A stretch of DNA of 20,000 bases from an uncultured virus (IMG/VR IMGVR_UViG_3300032053_000046) (IMGVR_UViG_3300032053_000046); one strand, 5' to 3'; counted from the stretch's first letter, positions 1 through 7,137 are shown. Numbers and translations: made by a program. Notes: generated by a model from the letters alone, not told the origin.

Positions 1-2
1 AC

Positions 3-185
3 AGCAGGGAAGGGTTTGATACTGATGTTGTCCAGTTTTTGACAAATTATTCAAACCCGAAGGTTTACTTTGGTGGTATACGGGAAAAGGGTGGTCTTAT
101 TATGCAGTTTGAGACTACAAAGGATTATGGTGTTGAGTATGTAAGGACTGTGTTTGGAATTGAACCAGAAACAAGGGGTGTCTGA
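3..185 (+). CDS. 3' end of hypothetical protein (truncated by window start)
   Basis: Open frame from base 3 (SREGFDTDVVQFLTNY...EPETRGV*); its TGA overlaps the next ATG (TGATG). Confidence 0.7.
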   Translation, partial: SREGFDTDVVQFLTNYSNPKVYFGGIREKGGLIMQFETTKDYGVEYVRTVFGIEPETRGV

Positions 186-631
186 TGGCAGTAGGACTAA
201 ATATTCTGTCGTGTGCGAGTGTTGAGATAATGTGGGAGAATACTATCTTCGAGGGCAGTTCTGGGAAGATATACCCATCTGCTATCAATTATTTGGAAAT
301 GGCAGTTGCTACTTGTATAGGTCGTGGGATCACAGCTTACATCGTGGATAAGGGAATACGTGATGGTGGATTGTTTTTTGATGCGGTGCAGGGTTTTGGG
401 GACATCGGGATAGATGTCTCTGAGCAAGAGGTGAAGGAAGAAGCTGACGATGCTGATTGGATTGTGAATATAGTTTGTACTACGAAGAGTTCTGAGCTTG
501 CAGATGTCCTTACTGCAATATGTGATGATTGTACTATCCTGAAGATGTTGATTGTAGATGTTGCTTTGAATTTTGTAAATAACCCATATCTCAACTCTGA
601 TGAGATTCCAGAAGGAGAGTTGCCTGTATGA
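185..631 (+). CDS. hypothetical acidic protein (148 aa)
   Basis: ORF coupled to neighbours on both sides; D/E-rich; no family recognised. Confidence 0.75.
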   Translation: MAVGLNILSCASVEIMWENTIFEGSSGKIYPSAINYLEMAVATCIGRGITAYIVDKGIRDGGLFFDAVQGFGDIGIDVSEQEVKEEADDADWIVNIVCTTKSSELADVLTAICDDCTILKMLIVDVALNFVNNPYLNSDEIPEGELPV

Positions 632-840
632 CCTTGCTTATTGGAAAAAATTATGTGTTAGACGGTCGCCCTGTGAAGTGTGTGGCTTCGATAACTCGGC
701 CTACTTTTGTGATGGAGTTTCAGGATCAGGAGTCGGTGTACGGTGGTGTGTTTCAGAGAGAGGTTATGGCTGGTCAATCAAATCAGTTTGTGGTATGTGA
801 GTCTTCTCCTATTGTCAATGATATGAAGGAGAGTGTCTGA
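628..840 (+). CDS. hypothetical protein (70 aa)
   Basis: ATGA overlap upstream, TGATG overlap downstream. Confidence 0.7.
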   Translation: MTLLIGKNYVLDGRPVKCVASITRPTFVMEFQDQESVYGGVFQREVMAGQSNQFVVCESSPIVNDMKESV

Positions 841-1355
841 TGGTTACGAAGGAAGATGTTTATGCTTGTAGGTATTGCCTTGGTACGAAGGAGTTCAAGA
901 TTGAAGACGATAATTTTGAAAAAATTAACGCCGAGGCGAGAGCAGCCCGGAAGTGTCTGGGATGTGGCCGGAGTTTGGTTGTAGCGGACATGATTAAGAT
1001 TATTGGCCCATATATAATGATTGAGCCTATTCAAAAAGAAGTTAAAACAAAGGTAGGGTTGATTATCCCCTCTACGTGTTGGCGTGTGTGGAGAATTGGT
1101 AGGGTGGTCCGGCTTGGGGGTCCGTCTGTGTACTGGTCGCAAGGTGGGGGTAAAAGAAACTCGTTTGGTCAGCAGGTAGTGGAGGTGCCAAAGGGACGAA
1201 TGTACCACTGTCCTAACGTGGTTGTGGGGGATATAGTGATGTTCCAGGACTTGGCGGTGCGTTCGATCAATGCCGGGTGCAATGAATATTTTTTGATTCA
1301 TTACGATGATGTGGAGTTGAAGATGGACTCTATGGATGATCTAATGCCTATGTAA
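840..1355 (+). CDS. GroES/Cpn10-like co-chaperonin with N-terminal zinc ribbon
   Basis: Cpn10 pattern IKIIGPYIMIEP..EVKTKVGLIIP..IGRVVRLG..VVVGDIVMF..EYFLIHYDDV; N-terminal CRYC...CLGC. Confidence 0.8.
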   Translation: MVTKEDVYACRYCLGTKEFKIEDDNFEKINAEARAARKCLGCGRSLVVADMIKIIGPYIMIEPIQKEVKTKVGLIIPSTCWRVWRIGRVVRLGGPSVYWSQGGGKRNSFGQQVVEVPKGRMYHCPNVVVGDIVMFQDLAVRSINAGCNEYFLIHYDDVELKMDSMDDLMPM

Positions 1356-1356
1356 A

Positions 1357-1445
1357 TCAATCACTTACAACCCTCAAAAGTTTTTGAAGATTTCTATTGA
1401 CAAGCATCCAAATAAGGTGTATATTAAAGGTGTAAGAGAGACAGG
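1357..1445 (+). repeat. 89-bp direct repeat copy 1 (promoter cassette)
   Basis: 84/89 identical to 8253-8341, with a 62-bp identical core at 1374-1435. Confidence 0.95.
1397..1425 (+). promoter_or_regulatory. sigma70-type promoter TTGACA-17-TATATT
   Basis: -35 at 1397-1402, -10 at 1420-1425; AT-rich upstream tract; AATCAAtcacTTA (IHF consensus WATCAANNNNTTR) at 1355-1367; purine-rich leader. Confidence 0.85.
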
Positions 1446-1496
1446 GGAGAGACGGGAAAGAGACGGGAAAGAGAAGAAAAAATAAGGGAGGTAAAG

Positions 1497-1757
1497 ATGT
1501 CAGAAGCGAAGAGAGTTACGGGGAAGATGAGTTACAAGTCGTACAGGTGCCTCAAGTGTGGGGCGGTGAGTTCGCACCAGACTAATCACTATGGAGAGAT
1601 TTACCCGCGTTGTGGTGAGTGTGGATGGAAGCGACCGTTTGAGAAAGGTCAGCCGCACCAGTGCTTAGATCCAGTGCCGGAGGGGTGGGATGTTCCTGAG
1701 CCGTGGAAGATGGTAAGGCTCAGAGACATTATGGAGTTGGTCAAAGATTTTTCGTGA
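1497..1757 (+). CDS. small zinc-ribbon protein (86 aa)
   Basis: GGGAGG RBS; CLKC...CGEC motifs. Confidence 0.8.
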   Translation: MSEAKRVTGKMSYKSYRCLKCGAVSSHQTNHYGEIYPRCGECGWKRPFEKGQPHQCLDPVPEGWDVPEPWKMVRLRDIMELVKDFS

Positions 1758-1763
1758 TTCTAC

Positions 1764-1792
1764 TTGACATTGCTTCTGGTTTGTGGTATATT
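1764..1792 (+). promoter_or_regulatory. sigma70-type promoter TTGACA-17-(TGn)TATATT
   Basis: Consensus -35 and extended -10; downstream AGAGATGTAAG and purine-rich leader like the other copies. Confidence 0.85.
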
Positions 1793-1833
1793 AGAGATGT
1801 AAGAGGGGAAAGAAGAAAAATTGGAGGTTTGGT

Positions 1834-1938
1834 GTGGGTGTTTTTCTTGTTTTGGTCTTAATGGTTTTTGTGGTTGTCTCTTTGGTTCGCGGGGCTGTCC
1901 GTGACTTCAAAGCCGGATACCATGAGGGGTCCAAATGA
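1834..1938 (+). CDS. small single-pass membrane protein (34 aa)
   Basis: GGAGG RBS, GTG start; MGVFLVLVLMVFVVVSLVRGAVRDFKAGYHEGSK; not in ORF track. Confidence 0.6.
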   Translation: MGVFLVLVLMVFVVVSLVRGAVRDFKAGYHEGSK

Positions 1939-2114
1939 AGAACACCTTTGATCCTGTCAGTTACTTTCGTCCTTTCTTGTGTGGTACTCGAAGAGTGACC
2001 TATGAGGTGGGGCGGTACGTGGTTCGTGGTGCTACGGATGATCGGTTAATTGCCACTTATTTAGACAAGCAATCGGCTATCAATCACGCAGTCAATTCCA
2101 GCAATCGGAAGTGA
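1935..2114 (+). CDS. hypothetical protein (59 aa)
   Basis: ATGA overlap; MKNTFDPVSYFRPF...NSSNRK; not in ORF track. Confidence 0.65.
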   Translation: MKNTFDPVSYFRPFLCGTRRVTYEVGRYVVRGATDDRLIATYLDKQSAINHAVNSSNRK

Positions 2115-2122
2115 GGTTGTTT

Positions 2123-2287
2123 GTGACTGTGAAGAATCCTTCGTGGGCGGTGCAGGAAGAGTTACTGTCTGACGGGTCAAAAGCGTATAATGTGAGGAAC
2201 GCTTACGCAGACATAACAATACATGCACGGAACCAAGAAGCTGCTATACAGATAGAGTATTACCTGAACGAGGGTTCTGTTGACTAA
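2123..2287 (+). CDS. hypothetical protein (54 aa)
   Basis: GAGG RBS, GTG start; MTVKNPSWAVQEELLSDGSKAYNV...; not in ORF track. Confidence 0.65.
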   Translation: MTVKNPSWAVQEELLSDGSKAYNVRNAYADITIHARNQEAAIQIEYYLNEGSVD

Positions 2288-2312
2288 GGGAGTGACGAAG
2301 TGGGAGGTACTT

Positions 2313-2471
2313 GTGATTTGTGATCAATACAAACGCGACCCATTAAACTGTGATGGTTGCGTGCCAGTTTCGTATATACAGTGTGAACGTCCATCACCGT
2401 TGGTATTAACGGAGAAGGTAGAGGAGGATTACGAAGATTACGACTCCCATCCTAATTCTGTGAATTGTTGA
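2313..2471 (+). CDS. small Cys-containing hypothetical protein (52 aa)
   Basis: GGGAGG RBS favours GTG at 2313 over the track start at 2280. Confidence 0.55.
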   Translation: MICDQYKRDPLNCDGCVPVSYIQCERPSPLVLTEKVEEDYEDYDSHPNSVNC

Positions 2472-2493
2472 AGATTTTTGTTGAAGACTTTTA

Positions 2494-2590
2494 TAGAATG
2501 GTGTGGAAATTCCGTCTAAGGGATGCGATCAAGCGACGGCGGTTCTTAGACAACAACCGTATCGGGCAGGTTGCCTTCCACACCATTTTA
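2494..2590 (+). ncRNA. putative structured ncRNA 1
   Basis: 15-bp terminal stem 2494-2508/2576-2590 enclosing GTCTAAGGG/TTCTTAGAC and CAACC/GGTTG helices. Confidence 0.55.
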
Positions 2591-2600
2591 CAGAAGTTTT

Positions 2601-2726
2601 TGGCAGTAGACAACGGCAAAGGCTTGATTTGAGAAGGATGGTTGTGGAGTACAGGGCTTGGTTACAGCAATGTAACTGAAGCATAAGTCTTTTGTTGACG
2701 ATCAGGCTAACGTCTACTGCCATTTT
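2601..2726 (+). ncRNA. putative structured ncRNA 2
   Basis: Perfect 11-bp terminal stem TGGCAGTAGAC/GTCTACTGCCA followed by TTTT; inner long helix; GGTTACA-GCAA-TGTAACT GNRA hairpin. Confidence 0.6.
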
Positions 2727-2733
2727 GTTCTTT

Positions 2734-2899
2734 GAGAGGTTGACAGCTTACAGATCCTCTGACCGTAAATGGCATGTGGGTGATGAGCAAATTTTTCACA
2801 AGGCTAAAACAGTGGGAAAGTTGCAGATTTCCAACTGATAAATCCTTGGCCCCTGCAAGGGCTTCGCTTCGCTCGGCGGTGTTGTCAACCTTTCTTTTT
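2734..2899 (+). ncRNA. putative structured ncRNA 3
   Basis: 14-bp terminal stem GAGAGGTTGACAGC/GTTGTCAACCTTTC plus U-tail; inner arm CAAGG-bubble-CAGT.GGAAA/TTTCC.ACTG-bubble-CCTTG and GCCC/GGGC hairpin. Confidence 0.55.
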
Positions 2900-2922
2900 A
2901 ACTTTTAAGAAAAGGATGTTGT

Positions 2923-3444
2923 ATGTCAACGAGAGCGGTGATGATTGGTCTGCTTGTTGAGTCGGATGAGGACAAGAAGGGGCTTTACGGCGGTTTTGTT
3001 GAGTTGGGTTTTACTTCTCCGAAGATCATTCACCAGTTTAATACTATGCCCGGAAAGGGTGGTGAAGGTGGACGAAGTGATGTTCTTGTTGAGTTTGATG
3101 ACAAGGATATTCCGAAGCTCGCCATACATCCAATGCATCTTCAGGGTGGTTTTTCTTGGGATGATGATTATTTTCGGAATAATCGGGAGTTGATACCTTC
3201 CGAGTCTCTTCAGTATTTTCAAAAACAAGTGACTGAGGAGTCTCCGAAGGTAGAGGTTTTGAAGCCTGAGTGTAAGCTGCTTGAGGGTGATGGTAATGTG
3301 TTTGTTCTTGCCGGGAAGGTGGGTAAGACTCTCAATCGGGCTGGTCTTGGTGATAGGGCAGACGAGTTTTACGAGAGGTTGCCAAGATGTGACGGGTATC
3401 ACGAGGCAATAAACCTGATGAGTGAGTACGTTGAAATCGTATAA
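2923..3444 (+). CDS. two-domain hypothetical phage protein (173 aa)
   Basis: AAGGA RBS; the C-terminal KPECKL.xDGNVF..EYVEI module resembles a widespread small phage/mobile-element domain of unknown function. Confidence 0.8.
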   Translation: MSTRAVMIGLLVESDEDKKGLYGGFVELGFTSPKIIHQFNTMPGKGGEGGRSDVLVEFDDKDIPKLAIHPMHLQGGFSWDDDYFRNNRELIPSESLQYFQKQVTEESPKVEVLKPECKLLEGDGNVFVLAGKVGKTLNRAGLGDRADEFYERLPRCDGYHEAINLMSEYVEIV

Positions 3445-3445
3445 C

Positions 3446-3616
3446 AAGAGAAACAAGTAATAGGGTGTGGCAAAGGTGGGAACATTGTTGACTGCCATCT
3501 TTCGGGATGACTTTCAGCACTTTTTGAGGGAACCCTTTCTTGTCTGCAAAGTGCAAACCAGCTTCCGATAATGTAGGGAGTAAACGTGCAGAACCCTGTT
3601 ATCTTGTTTCTTTTTT
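3446..3616 (+). ncRNA. putative structured ncRNA 4
   Basis: About 21-bp terminal stem 3446-3466/3593-3614 (one bulge); inner helices AAAGGTGG/CCATCTTT, CGGGA/TTCCG and GCACTTT/AAAGTGC; U-tail. Confidence 0.6.
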
Positions 3617-3633
3617 GATTTTGGAGGATTTAT

Positions 3634-3814
3634 GCTACTTCATTGAATATTGAGATCGTTCACGTAGGAGCTTTACATCTTTGGACGGCTTCGGGCTAAC
3701 AAAGTACAGGGAGCGTTATGCTCTGTACCTAAAAAAGCCCCTGTGTAACGGCAGATTATGGTAGACTGTTCTCTTTTCCGAGGATACCGTGCATGGAGTC
3801 TATCGTCGGGTAGC
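3634..3814 (+). ncRNA. putative structured ncRNA 5
   Basis: GCTACTT/GGGTAGC closure; GGGCT-bubble-GTACA..GAGC/GCTCTGTAC-bubble-AGCCC arm; ATGGTAGACT/AGTCTATCGT helix enclosing two short hairpins. Confidence 0.45.
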
Positions 3815-3820
3815 TGAGAA

Positions 3821-3870
3821 AGGGGTGGAGGGAATGACCCTCTGCCCCTCACTTTTTCTTTTCTTTTTTG
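3821..3870 (+). terminator. intrinsic terminator
   Basis: AGGGGTGGAGGG-aatga-CCCTCTGCCCCT hairpin followed by a long T-rich tract. Confidence 0.75.
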
Positions 3871-3906
3871 TGAAATATTCGTATTGTTTTATAGGGAGGT
3901 AGGATT

Positions 3907-4296
3907 ATGAAGTTGATTCCAGTTAAATCTTCTAATGTTAGTTCTTTGGGATACATTGCAAGTAAGCAGGTACTCCATGCCGCGTTTACGAATGGTTCTT
4001 TGTACGAGTACCATGACGTGCCGGAGAACGTGTTTATCGAGTGTCTGGGTGCTCCTTCCGTGGGTTCGTACTTCGCTAAGAATGTGGCTCGGAAGTTTTC
4101 TTTTTTCAAGGTAGAGGATGGGACGTGCCGGGGGTGTGAGTTTCTTGATCTTGTGGTTAGTGATCAGTATGAAAATATCCGTATTCCTATGTGTAAGAAG
4201 TTCAAAATTGAAGTACCAAACCTTGCTCGTCTTGAGGATTGTGATGAGCCTTTCTTTCGGGATAGGGTAGTGTGTAAAAAACCAGAAGGCGTATGA
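3907..4296 (+). CDS. KTSC-domain protein with Cys-rich C-terminal extension
   Basis: PVKSSNVSSLGY..L.AAF.NGSLYEY.DVP..F......SVGSYF..NV is the KTSC signature; the tail has CRGC plus three more Cys. Confidence 0.88.
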   Translation: MKLIPVKSSNVSSLGYIASKQVLHAAFTNGSLYEYHDVPENVFIECLGAPSVGSYFAKNVARKFSFFKVEDGTCRGCEFLDLVVSDQYENIRIPMCKKFKIEVPNLARLEDCDEPFFRDRVVCKKPEGV

Positions 4297-4308
4297 AGGA
4301 ACGGTCTG

Positions 4309-4536
4309 ATGTTTACAGTTGAGATTCGTGTTAATGGTAGTCTTGTGGCATGTGCTACCGGACAGAATACGGGTTGGGCAACTGAGGAAGGTGAAGGTGT
4401 TTATGATTATGAGTATTATCAACCTTCTTTAGAAAAGAAAGTAAAGTCTAAGATAAAGCGGGGGCAGGTGTATCATAACAAATCAGATGGTATTAGGAAG
4501 CTGGTATCTGCTGTTCTCAAGGATGTTGATGTTTGA
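4309..4536 (+). CDS. hypothetical protein (75 aa)
   Basis: AAGGA RBS, in operon. Confidence 0.75.
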   Translation: MFTVEIRVNGSLVACATGQNTGWATEEGEGVYDYEYYQPSLEKKVKSKIKRGQVYHNKSDGIRKLVSAVLKDVDV

Positions 4537-4575
4537 TAAGGAGGATGTATGAATTATCCAAAATAGGAGGACTGT

Positions 4576-4794
4576 ATGCGTATGTTGATGGAGTTTCTTC
4601 TTGTTGTTTTGATTTTGGTTGCTTTTCTTTTTGTGTCTTGGAAGTTGGTTTTGTCAAGGGTTCCTTTTATTGCAGTTCTTTTTAAGAAAGCTGCAATAGA
4701 GGAGGATGTTTCTTTGGCAGATACGGTTTCTAAGGTCGATATGAAGAAAGCAGACAAGGCTTCTAAGAAGGTTGATTCTTTTCTGAGACAGTGA
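4576..4794 (+). CDS. small membrane-anchored protein (72 aa)
   Basis: GGAGG RBS; N-terminal hydrophobic helix; directly upstream of the SPFH gene. Confidence 0.8.
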   Translation: MRMLMEFLLVVLILVAFLFVSWKLVLSRVPFIAVLFKKAAIEEDVSLADTVSKVDMKKADKASKKVDSFLRQ

Positions 4795-4825
4795 TATTTC
4801 ACAATTTTTTTAAGGAGATTCTGGT

Positions 4826-6043
4826 ATGCCAAAGAATGATCCGTCTGTTGTGCCTCTCAAGTCCATTTTGTCTCTTATTGGTCTTGGTGGTGCTTTGTTG
4901 ATTGCTTTGGTTGTTGCTCTTAACATTGTGGGGTTCAATAAGGCCGGTGAGTTTGTGATTGTGCAGGATCTTGGTGGTGCGCTTCATGTAAAGACAACGG
5001 CAGGGCCGTATGGGAAATTTCTTGGTCATGTGGATGTGTACCGTCAGGTAGTGACAGTAGTTTTTGGACAGGCACCGGGACACAAGAGTTTTGAGGCTGA
5101 TGAAGTTCCTGTTATTTTCAATGATGGTACTCGTGCTTTGATCCGTGCTCAACTTCGTGTTTCTCTTCCGTCAAATTCTGAACAGATGAAGGCAATTAAA
5201 AGTCAGTTTGCCGGAGGGTTTGAGCATCTTGTGAGTAACGGCATTGTGCCTGTAGGTGCGAATGCAATTAAACTTTCAGCGAATCTTCATTCAGCACGAG
5301 AGGCTTATACTACTCTTGCTGTTTTGCAGAGTGAGATTGAGGATCAGTTGATGTATGGTACTTATCAGACACGTTCTGTTGATAAGTGGATTCATAGGGC
5401 TGTAGGTGATTCCGAGCGTGTACGAATGACTGAGATTGTGCTTGACAGTACGAATAAACCACTAAGAAATCCTACAGTTTTGGAGCAGTTGGGGTGTCGA
5501 GTAACGCAGTGTCAGATTGACGTACCGAAGTTTGATAATGCAGTGGATGATATGATTAAGAAGCAGAGGGATCAGACATTGCAGACGGAGGTAGCGAAGC
5601 AGAACGCTATCCGTGCGAATCAGGATAAGTTGACTGCGGAAGCTGAAGGTCTTGCTGCTGTGATGAAGGTGAAGTATCAGAAGGAGCAGGAGAAACAAGC
5701 AGCGGTAACTGATGCTGAGAAGGAAAAGGCTGTTGCTTCTTTGATGCGGGATGCAGCGGAGTTTACAAAGAAGAAGCTCATTTTGGAGGGAGAGGGTGAA
5801 GCTGAAAAGCGTAAGTTGATTATGTCAGCGGATGGTGCTTTGGAGAAGAAGCTCGAAGCATACAAGGCTGTTCAGCAGATGTGGTCAGAGGCTTTTTCAA
5901 AATATTCAGGTCAGATTGTTCCGACTACGGTGATGGGTGGGTCGGTTGGTGGTGGAAATGGTGCTACGAACTTCATGGAGATTATGACTGCGAAGGCGGC
6001 GCGTGATCTGTCTTTGGATTTGAGTGTTCCCGGTAAGAAGTAG
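4826..6043 (+). CDS. SPFH/band 7 (prohibitin/flotillin-like) membrane protein
   Basis: N-terminal TM helix, SPFH-like core, long Ala/Glu/Lys coiled coil (AEAEG, EGEGEAEK), Gly-rich tail. Confidence 0.85.
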   Translation: MPKNDPSVVPLKSILSLIGLGGALLIALVVALNIVGFNKAGEFVIVQDLGGALHVKTTAGPYGKFLGHVDVYRQVVTVVFGQAPGHKSFEADEVPVIFNDGTRALIRAQLRVSLPSNSEQMKAIKSQFAGGFEHLVSNGIVPVGANAIKLSANLHSAREAYTTLAVLQSEIEDQLMYGTYQTRSVDKWIHRAVGDSERVRMTEIVLDSTNKPLRNPTVLEQLGCRVTQCQIDVPKFDNAVDDMIKKQRDQTLQTEVAKQNAIRANQDKLTAEAEGLAAVMKVKYQKEQEKQAAVTDAEKEKAVASLMRDAAEFTKKKLILEGEGEAEKRKLIMSADGALEKKLEAYKAVQQMWSEAFSKYSGQIVPTTVMGGSVGGGNGATNFMEIMTAKAARDLSLDLSVPGKK

Positions 6044-6062
6044 TGTGATTAACAGATAACAT

Positions 6063-6097
6063 GAGGGTGTTATTCAAGTAACACCTTCTATTTTCTT
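6063..6097 (+). terminator. probable intrinsic terminator
   Basis: GAGGGTGTTA/TAACACCTTC hairpin followed by TATTTTCTT. Confidence 0.6.
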
Positions 6098-6110
6098 GAA
6101 AGGGTTTTGT

Positions 6111-6623
6111 ATGAAGAAGTTGGTTAATATTCCAGATAAGATCCTGGATAAGAAGATTGACAACAGTGCAAAGCGTATAGCTGATGATTTTGTTGCTACA
6201 AAGAAGGATAAGGCAGTTGTTTTTTGTGAGTTGTTTGCTCAGGGGAAACGTCTTGGGTTGGAGACACCAGAGCAGACCAAGGATTTTCTGAAAAGGTACA
6301 AGTACGTCTCTTTTGGGTGTTTGTCAGATATTCAGGAAGCAACGGAGTTTTTGAAAAAGCAGAAGGCTGTAGAGGAAAACTCTTCTGATGATCTGATTAA
6401 GTGGCGGCAAGCTGTACGGGAGAGACTTATTTCTGGTAGGAAAGTGATTGATGCCCTTGATGTGGATGCAATGCAGAGGAAGAGGTTGTATTATGATAAG
6501 AGGAGAAAACTTTTTGCCAAAAGGCAGAAGGATATTGATTGGTATAATAAGGTCAGTATTGCTCTTGTTAAGAAGATCAAGGGGATGAAGTCTTTTGAGC
6601 GGTTTGATCTTGACCAGTTCTAA
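6111..6623 (+). CDS. basic helical hypothetical protein (170 aa)
   Basis: ATG 6111 preferred to TTG 6096; Lys/Arg-rich. Confidence 0.75.
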   Translation: MKKLVNIPDKILDKKIDNSAKRIADDFVATKKDKAVVFCELFAQGKRLGLETPEQTKDFLKRYKYVSFGCLSDIQEATEFLKKQKAVEENSSDDLIKWRQAVRERLISGRKVIDALDVDAMQRKRLYYDKRRKLFAKRQKDIDWYNKVSIALVKKIKGMKSFERFDLDQF

Positions 6624-6656
6624 TACAAGGATTATCACCTACACTGAGGAGGGGCT

Positions 6657-6938
6657 ATGGTAGCGTCTGTTAATTCGTGGCTTGTGCGGGAGAAGCAGCT
6701 TCGTGGCCGGTTGTCTGAGTTGGTCAACATGAAGGGTTCTTTGACTTCCCGTACATCTTATTACGGGGATGACAAGAAAATTATTGAGCCTACCTATGAT
6801 GTTAAGAAGGTAGACAGGCTGACAACGGATCTTCAGAACGCTCTCTTTACGATTGAGAATGCAATCAAAGAGTCCAATGCAAAGACGATGGTTGATGTTG
6901 ATGTGGATTGTGCCTCTCTGATGAAGCCGATTGAGTAG
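6657..6938 (+). CDS. half-length DIP1984 (DUF6847)-like coiled-coil protein (93 aa)
   Basis: GAGGAGG RBS; the pattern L..EK.LRGRLSEL...YY....IIEPTYDVKK......L...L..IE.AI..SN..T.V resembles, by eye, the C-terminal repeat of DIP1984-family proteins. Confidence 0.6.
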   Translation: MVASVNSWLVREKQLRGRLSELVNMKGSLTSRTSYYGDDKKIIEPTYDVKKVDRLTTDLQNALFTIENAIKESNAKTMVDVDVDCASLMKPIE

Positions 6939-6955
6939 GTGTACGTGGGATAATG

Positions 6956-7137
6956 CGGGATAGACGGCAAGGGTGACAGGGCTTGCTTTGTTGCCGGGGA
7001 ATTTCCTTTACGTCATGGTTGTGGCAATGTAGGGCTATATTTATCTTGTTGTTGCTGACCTTACATACACAAACCTTCATTGGTTGTTGTTAGTTGTTGT
7101 ACTTAGGATTTCCCAACTTGCCGTCTTCCCGATTTTT
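6956..7137 (+). ncRNA. putative structured ncRNA with UUG-repeat loops
   Basis: Terminal stem CGGGA.AGACGGCAAG/CTTGCCGTCT.TCCCG plus U-tail; inner helices ATGTAGGG/CCTTACAT, GGTTGTG/CACAAACC and TGAC/GTCA; TTGTTG runs in unpaired parts. Confidence 0.65.

Noticed and set aside
2494..2726. tRNA or tmRNA call for the units ending ...CCA-TTTT
   Set aside because: No T-loop (GTTCRA), D-arm or anticodon arm geometry; the CCA is itself paired with a 5' TGG.
2734..3814. Known riboswitch, hammerhead, group I intron or RNase P
   Set aside because: I could not find the complete conserved cores (B12 box, CUGAUGA/GAAA with correct stems, P7, GAGGAAAGUCC); an Rfam scan would be decisive.
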